From: Elusimicrobiota bacterium
GTDB lineage: Bacteria > Elusimicrobiota > Elusimicrobia > UBA1565 > JACRDR01
Assembly: GCA_016194745.1 (NCBI GenBank)
Contig: JACQBA010000013.1
Span: forward strand, 822 to 64,821
Length of the DNA: 64,000 nucleotides
Direction of reading: 5' to 3'
The position numbers and the translations under genes were made by a program. The notes beneath the pieces were generated by a model that saw only the letters and a program-made list of their open reading frames with translations, had not been told where the DNA came from and made no database searches. This document shows positions 56,789 to 64,000 of this stretch, piece by piece (the stretch's first letter is position 1; the number at the start of each line of letters is the position of its first letter).

Positions 56789-58018
56789 TCAGCCGGCGTT
56801 GCTCGCGAGTTCGCCCATGCTGAACATCGGCATGAACATCGCGATGACGATGGAGCCGATGACGAGACCCATGATCACGATGACGATGGGCTCGATCATG
56901 GAGGTCAAGCCCTTGACGGCCGTGTCGACCTCCTGGTCGTAGAAGTCGGCGATCTTGGTGAGCATCGTGTCGAGGGACCCGGTCTCCTCGCCGACCTTGA
57001 TCATCTGCGTCACCATGGCCGGGAAGAGGTTCGACGCCTTGAGCGGATCGGCCAGGCGGCCGCCTTCGCGGATCGACTCGCGCGTCTTCAAAATCGCGTC
57101 CTCGATGACGACGTTGCCGGCCGTGCTCGCGACCGTCTCGAGCGCCTGCATGATCGGCACGCCGGACTTGATCAAGGTGCCCAGCGTCCGCGTGAACTTG
57201 GCGACGGCCACCTTCTTCAGGATGATGCCGAAGATCGGCGCGTTGAGGATCTTGCCGTCGACGAGCCTCTTGCCGGCCGGCGTGGCGTAGAATTTCTTGA
57301 ACCCATAGAACCCGCCGACGGGGATGGCCGGGATCATGTACCAGTAATGACGCAGGAAGTCGGAGATGTTGATGAGGACCTGCGTCGGCAGCGGCAGTTC
57401 GGCGTTGAAGCTCTCGAAGATCGCCTTGAAGGTCGGGATGACGAACGTGAGGAGGAAGACGGTGACCGTGGCGCAGATCGAGAGCACTATGCCCGGATAC
57501 ATCATCGCGCTCTTCACCTTCGCCTTGAGGGCTTCCGAGCTCTCGAGGTAGGCGCTCAAGCGCTCCAAGATGGTGTCCAAGATACCGCCGATCTCGCCCG
57601 CGCGGATCATCGACGTGTAGATCTCCGGGAAGGCGTCGGGGTGCTTCTTCAAGGCGTCCGAGATCGATAGACCGCTCTCGATGTCGGTGCGGACTCCCTC
57701 GAGCACCTTTTTGAACGCCGGGCTCTCGGCCTGATTCTCGAGGATCGTGAGACCCTGCACGATGGGCACGCCGGCGGAAACGAGGGTCGAGAGCTGGCGA
57801 GAGAACAGCACCAGGTCCTTCGAACTGACGCTCCCCTGGCCGATGCCGAGCTTCTCCTTGATCTGGGTGAGGAAGCTGTCGGTCTGCGCGTTGATTTCCA
57901 AGATGACGAGCTTTTGGGAGCGGAGACGGTCCATCGCCGCCCTTTGGTCGTTGCCTTCGACCACTCCCTCGACGACGTTCCCGCTCGCTTCCTTGGCCCG
58001 ATACGCGAATGCTGGCAT
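56789..58018 (-). CDS. pilC: Type IV pilus assembly platform protein PilC (GspF family)
   Basis: Two T2SSF repeats, 3 TM. Confidence 0.85.
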   Translation of the reverse strand: MPAFAYRAKEASGNVVEGVVEGNDQRAAMDRLRSQKLVILEINAQTDSFLTQIKEKLGIGQGSVSSKDLVLFSRQLSTLVSAGVPIVQGLTILENQAESPAFKKVLEGVRTDIESGLSISDALKKHPDAFPEIYTSMIRAGEIGGILDTILERLSAYLESSEALKAKVKSAMMYPGIVLSICATVTVFLLTFVIPTFKAIFESFNAELPLPTQVLINISDFLRHYWYMIPAIPVGGFYGFKKFYATPAGKRLVDGKILNAPIFGIILKKVAVAKFTRTLGTLIKSGVPIMQALETVASTAGNVVIEDAILKTRESIREGGRLADPLKASNLFPAMVTQMIKVGEETGSLDTMLTKIADFYDQEVDTAVKGLTSMIEPIVIVIMGLVIGSIVIAMFMPMFSMGELASNAG

Positions 58019-58036
58019 GGTCTCCCCCGACTTCCG

Positions 58037-59113
58037 TTACGCCGCCGTCTGGATTCCTCTCTGCAAGAGGCGCTTCAAGTCCTCGACGTCCATGGACCTG
58101 AGCAGCGCCTCCTGATACGTGATGCGTCCTTTCTTGTATAGATCGGCGAGCGCCTGGTTCATGGTCTGCATCCCGTACTTGCCGCCGGTCTGGATGGTCA
58201 TCAAGATCTGCTCGACCTTCTGCTCGCGCACGAGGTTTCGGACGGCGGAGGTGACGATGAGCACCTCGCTCGCCAAGGCGCGACCGCTGCCGGACGAGTG
58301 CGGGAGGAGTTGTTGGCAGAAGATCGCCTGGAGCACGAACGACAACTGGACGCGAATCTGTTCCTGCTGGTGCGGCGGGAATACGTCGATGATGCGGTTG
58401 ATGGCCTGCGCCGTGTCCGTCGTGTGGAGCGTCGCCAGCACGAGGTGACCGGTCTCGGCGATCGTCAAGGCGGCCTGGATGGTCTCCAAGTCCCGCATCT
58501 CGCCGATCAAGATGACGTTCGGGTCCTGGCGCAGGACGTGGCGCAGCGCGGCGGTGAAATTCTCCGTGTCGGCGCCTACCTCGCGCTGATTGACGATGCT
58601 CTTCTTATGGCTGTGGACGTATTCGATCGGGTCCTCGATCGTCACGATATGGACGGAGCGGTGCTCGTTTAGGTAGTCGATCATGCTGGCGAGCGTGGTC
58701 GATTTACCCGACCCGGTGGGGCCCGTCACCAGAATGAGTCCCTTCGGGATCTTCATGATTTCGTGGATCACGGCCGGCATGCCGATCTCCTCGAAGGTCT
58801 TGAACGACGCCGGGATCGCGCGGATAGCCGCCCCGACGGCGCCGCGCTGACGGAAAACGTTCATGCGGAGACGACCGATGCCCTTGATGCCGAACGCGAG
58901 GTCCACCTCGTTCGTCGCTTCGTAGCGCTGCCGCTGCGCGTCGGTCATCAGGGAGAAGACCAGCGATTGCGTGACCTCCGGGTTGAGGCGCGGAAAAGGA
59001 GTGGCGATCAGTTCGCCGTCGATGCGGATGATCGGCGGGGCCCCCGCGGTCAAGTGCAGGTCCGACGCCCCTTTCTCCTGCATCAACATGAACAACTCGC
59101 TCATCGATGTCAT
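58037..59113 (-). CDS. pilT: Twitching-motility retraction ATPase PilT
   Basis: Walker A GPTGSGKSTT; AIRAIP motif; HTTDTAQ; start at MTSMSEL. Confidence 0.9.
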   Translation of the reverse strand: MTSMSELFMLMQEKGASDLHLTAGAPPIIRIDGELIATPFPRLNPEVTQSLVFSLMTDAQRQRYEATNEVDLAFGIKGIGRLRMNVFRQRGAVGAAIRAIPASFKTFEEIGMPAVIHEIMKIPKGLILVTGPTGSGKSTTLASMIDYLNEHRSVHIVTIEDPIEYVHSHKKSIVNQREVGADTENFTAALRHVLRQDPNVILIGEMRDLETIQAALTIAETGHLVLATLHTTDTAQAINRIIDVFPPHQQEQIRVQLSFVLQAIFCQQLLPHSSGSGRALASEVLIVTSAVRNLVREQKVEQILMTIQTGGKYGMQTMNQALADLYKKGRITYQEALLRSMDVEDLKRLLQRGIQTAA

Positions 59114-59147
59114 CTGATCTCCTCGGTGTCTCGAAGCGCGGGTCGCC

Positions 59148-60929
<1,782 letters not shown>

Positions 60930-61020
60930 TTGCTGTATTTATCCTTAATAGCGGAATTGGCGCTCGGAATAGGGCCCGGCGCTTCCGCGGCGCGTACTCG
61001 ATTAGGGTAATGCCCCCCAC

Positions 61021-61071
61021 CAATTTTGTCAATGCCATGCGTGTCAATCCGAGTCATCCGGCCGAGGGGGC
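61021..61071 (-). promoter_or_regulatory. Candidate promoter/SD region upstream of pilB: two TTGACA boxes and AAGGA SD
   Basis: Minus-strand …ggaTTGACAcgcatggcaTTGACAaaattggtggggggcattaccct…attAAGGAtaaatacagcaaATG. Confidence 0.3.
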
Positions 61072-64000
61072 CTAATTGCTGTAGGTAGGCTCTCCGGGGC
61101 GATACTCGCCGAAGTCGGGGGTGGCGTCCTTGGTGATGGGAAGCGGCAAAAGGTCGATCTCTCCGGGCCGGAGCTTCGGCTTGGGTCTGGCCTTGGGCTT
61201 CGGCTTGGCCTTGGGCTTCGGCGGCGCCGGCTTCGCCTTCGGCTTGGTCCTCGACGCGGCCTTCGCCTTCGGCATGCTCAGCTTCGGAGTCTCAAATCGC
61301 GCCGGCGGCTGCGACTGCGTCTGCGGCGTCTGCGCGGCGGGCGCCGCCGGCGCCGCGGGCCGAGCGAGGAGCGCCTGCGCCTGGGGATTGAGCCCGACCA
61401 CGGTCGACTTCGCGATGTCGACGCCGAAGACGTAGGTGATGGGCTCGCCCGTGCCGGGGCTCGGCTGGCCCAGCTTGAACTCGACGAAGTAGGAGTTCGC
61501 GTCCTGTCCCATCGTGGCCGACCAGGGGTCCTTGCTGCTCTGCGGGATCGGGAACATGTATTGGAGCCACTCGCCGATCGTGTTGCGGTTCTCGCCGAGC
61601 GGGTATTTCTTGACGAATTCGATCGCCTGGTTGCCCTGCGCGGACTGAGCGGGCTGCTGCCCGCCCGTGCCGCCGGCGGACAACGGCTTGACGTTGCCGA
61701 GCGACGTCGGCGGCCCCTTGCCGAGGATGTCCTCGGGATCGGCGATCTTCGTGCGCGGGGACGCGAACATCTGGGCGACCTCGCGCGGGTCGCGCCTCAT
61801 GAAATAGAAGCCGATCGCCAGGATGGCGACGAAGGAGACGCCCAGCACGGCCAGAAATCCCTTCGAGTGCGTCCGCTTCTTGGGCGCCTCCTCGACCGCC
61901 TCGGCGGCGAGCTTCTGCGCGGTCCGGCGGAGGCCTCCCGTCACCGGGCGGACGATCGCGTCTCCGCCCGGAAGCGGAGGCATTCCGGACGCGGGTGCCT
62001 CGGCGCCGCCGCCGCCGCTCATGATCTCCTGGAACTGCATGCTGCCGAGCGGGTCGGCCGGCACGCCGGACTGCGCGCCTCCCGGCACCGGCGTCGACTG
62101 CGGGAAGGTGAATCCGCCCGCCGCGGCGCCGGGCGGCGTCGTCTGCGAGGGAAACGGCGTAAAGCCGGACGGGGCGTCCGACGAGCGCGGCGCCGGCGTC
62201 GGCGCTCCGGGCAGGACGATCCCGGGAGGCGTCCCTCCGGCCGGGACGTTCATGACGATCGTGAGCGGCGGCTGCGCCGAATCGGCCGCGAGATCGGTGA
62301 AGGCCGCGGGAGGCTCAAATCCGGAAGACGTCGGCGCGGGAGGCTGGACCGGAGCCGGCGGAGGCGCCGCGGGCTCCTGCGGGGCCATCGAAACGCCGGT
62401 GAAAAGAAGCGGACCCGCGGGCGGAGGCGCCTCCAGACTCTCCGAGTGCAGCGCGATTGGGGGCGCCGCCTCGGCCGGAGACGCATCGATCGCGGGCGGC
62501 TCCGAGGCGCCCGGGACCGGCGGCGTCGACGCGGAGATGTCCTGCAGCGCGGGCGCTTCGGTCGCCCCGACCGCGGGCGCCGGAGCTTGGGCGGACGGCG
62601 CGGGAGGCGAAGGCGGAACGAACGTCTTGAATTTCGGCGCGGTGAACGCGGGCTTGAGCGGCTCGGCCGCGCCGAGCTCCGCTGTTGGCGGCGGGCTCGA
62701 GCGGATTTGGACTTCGGCGACGGGCGATCCGGCAACCTCGGCGGGCGCCGTCGGCGCGCCGGAGGTCTCCGGCACCGCGGGCGCGCCCGCGGCCGGCGGT
62801 TCTACCGGCGCGGCGCTCTCGGCGTCGGGCGGACGCTGGGACGCGGGGCTCTCGGCCGGAGACGTCGGCTCGGGCGGCGCGGGCGGCCGGAAGCTGGCGA
62901 ACGACGGCGTCGCGGGAGAGAGGGAAGGGAGGGCGGGAAGAGCGGGAGCCTCGGAAACAGGAGGCGCCGGAGCGAGCCGCTCCTCGATCAGCGGCGGCGC
63001 GGGCCGCGGCTCTACGGAGCGACGAGCCAGGAGCTCGGTCGTACGGACGAGCTGCGCCCGCAGTTCGTCGAGCAGGCGGTCCTTCTCTCGCAGCGCGGAG
63101 GACTCGATCTCGTGCGGCGGCGGCGCGGGCGATCTCGTCGCGAGGAGCTCGGTCGTGCGCGCAAGCTGCGCCCGCAGCTCGTCGACCATGCGGTCCTTCT
63201 CCCGCAGGAGCGCGGGCTCGATTTCCGGGGGCGGCGCCGCGGACGGCCTCGACGCGAGCAGCTCGGTCGTGCGCGCGAGCTGCGCCCGCAGCTCGTCCAA
63301 GAGCCGGTCCTTCTCCCGGAGCACCGCGGGCTCGGCCTGCGGAACGGGGGGCCTGGAGGCGAGAAGCTCCGTGCTTCGCGCGAGCTGCGCGCGCATCTCG
63401 CCGAGGAGCTTGTCCTTCTCGCGCAGCACGTCCGGATCGGCATGCGCCGCCGGCGGCTCGGCGGCCCGCGCGGCGTAGAGCTCGGTGCTGCGTACGAGCT
63501 GCTCGCGGAGCTCGTCGAGAAGACGGTCCTTTTCGCGCAGCGCGTCCAGCTTCGCCTCCATGCGCCGCTCGCTGTCGTGCAGTCGGCCGATGATGTCGTT
63601 CTGGCGCATCTCCTGCTGGGACAGCTGCCCGCGGAGCTGGTCGATGAGCCGGTCCCTTTCCCGCAGCGACTGGCTCTTCTCCTCGACAGCGAGGTCCTTC
63701 TGGCGCAGGCGGTCCAGGATGTCGTTCTGGCGCGACTCGTAGGTGGACAGCTGGTTGTTGAGGTCCGCGATCCGCGCCTCGAGCTCGCTGGAGTGGACGC
63801 GGTCGGACTCGATCGTCTCTTTGTAGCGCGCGACCCAGTCGATCAGCTGCGCCTTGGCCTCCGGCGGGACGAACGCCTCGGCCCCCAGGGAGGCCGTCGG
63901 ATCGTCGAAGTCGGGCGGGATCAGCCCCGCGAAATCGGGCAGTTCGGCGACCGCCGTCGGCGACAGAACGCTTTCGACGTCCACGGCTTGATTGAGGATC
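61072..64000 (-). CDS. Large bitopic protein: cytoplasmic coiled-coil with five tandem ~41-aa repeats, Pro/Ala-rich spacer, one TM, periplasmic C-terminal domain, Lys/Pro-rich tail; 5' end may lie beyond window
   Basis: Repeats LREKDRLLDELRAQLARTTELLASRP x5; TM GFLAVLGVSFVAILAIGFYF; frame open to window edge upstream of Met 63984; directly upstream of pilB-pilT-pilC. Confidence 0.55.
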   Translation of the reverse strand, partial: ILNQAVDVESVLSPTAVAELPDFAGLIPPDFDDPTASLGAEAFVPPEAKAQLIDWVARYKETIESDRVHSSELEARIADLNNQLSTYESRQNDILDRLRQKDLAVEEKSQSLRERDRLIDQLRGQLSQQEMRQNDIIGRLHDSERRMEAKLDALREKDRLLDELREQLVRSTELYAARAAEPPAAHADPDVLREKDKLLGEMRAQLARSTELLASRPPVPQAEPAVLREKDRLLDELRAQLARTTELLASRPSAAPPPEIEPALLREKDRMVDELRAQLARTTELLATRSPAPPPHEIESSALREKDRLLDELRAQLVRTTELLARRSVEPRPAPPLIEERLAPAPPVSEAPALPALPSLSPATPSFASFRPPAPPEPTSPAESPASQRPPDAESAAPVEPPAAGAPAVPETSGAPTAPAEVAGSPVAEVQIRSSPPPTAELGAAEPLKPAFTAPKFKTFVPPSPPAPSAQAPAPAVGATEAPALQDISASTPPVPGASEPPAIDASPAEAAPPIALHSESLEAPPPAGPLLFTGVSMAPQEPAAPPPAPVQPPAPTSSGFEPPAAFTDLAADSAQPPLTIVMNVPAGGTPPGIVLPGAPTPAPRSSDAPSGFTPFPSQTTPPGAAAGGFTFPQSTPVPGGAQSGVPADPLGSMQFQEIMSGGGGAEAPASGMPPLPGGDAIVRPVTGGLRRTAQKLAAEAVEEAPKKRTHSKGFLAVLGVSFVAILAIGFYFMRRDPREVAQMFASPRTKIADPEDILGKGPPTSLGNVKPLSAGGTGGQQPAQSAQGNQAIEFVKKYPLGENRNTIGEWLQYMFPIPQSSKDPWSATMGQDANSYFVEFKLGQPSPGTGEPITYVFGVDIAKSTVVGLNPQAQALLARPAAPAAPAAQTPQTQSQPPARFETPKLSMPKAKAASRTKPKAKPAPPKPKAKPKPKARPKPKLRPGEIDLLPLPITKDATPDFGEYRPGEPTYSN
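63020..63560. repeat. Imperfect ~120-bp tandem DNA repeats (x5) encoding the coiled-coil repeats
   Basis: Recurrent …gagctcggtcgtgcgcgcgagctgcgcccgcagctcgtc…cggtccttctcccgcag… units; coordinates approximate. Confidence 0.6.

Overview
High-GC (~68-70%) bacterial chromosomal segment, very likely from a diderm (Gram-negative) organism (leuS-lptE-holA synteny, type IV pilus genes). Genes are densely packed, mostly on the minus strand, and adjacent genes often share 4-nt ATGA/GTGA stop-start overlaps. The provided ORF track marks GTG/TTG starts as M (e.g. 33805, 42031, 43397, 46396, 48662, 53870). About half of the listed ORFs are Arg/Pro-rich alternative-frame or antisense products of the high GC content, and I rejected those.

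Recognisable content, in order:
- A heme-type (CXXCH) sensor kinase followed by two stand-alone receiver proteins.
- A giant, frameshifted gene for a secreted repeat protein, followed by an L,D-transpeptidase-like protein and a thioredoxin-like lipoprotein.
- queC, an OmpR/sensor-kinase pair, and an aldehyde dehydrogenase.
- A chlorite-dismutase-family protein divergent from an enolase-superfamily enzyme.
- An RDD-domain protein whose C-terminus looks like a type IV pilin globular domain.
- An 11-gene aa3-type cytochrome c oxidase operon: cupredoxin, coxB, ctaD, ctaE, subunit IV, two tiny ORFs, ctaA, ctaB and a DUF420 protein.
- A type IV pilin gene with a strong sigma70-like promoter.
- pepA, an adenylate cyclase, leuS-lptE-holA, rpsT, a short uvrC, and pilC-pilT-pilB preceded by a large coiled-coil bitopic protein.

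The most unusual locus is 33857-38260 on the minus strand. It holds two paralogous stand-alone ClpB-NBD2-type AAA+ ATPases, one anchored by two N-terminal TM helices. Each is translationally coupled to a downstream envelope-targeted protein: a TM-anchored beta-helix protein and a secreted HExxH peptidase. The locus sits immediately downstream of the pilin gene. I could not match this arrangement to any described system.

No rRNA, tRNA, CRISPR array or transposase/integrase was recognised. Coordinates taken from the ORF track are exact. Coordinates derived by counting within sequence lines (promoters, repeats) may be off by 1-2 nt.
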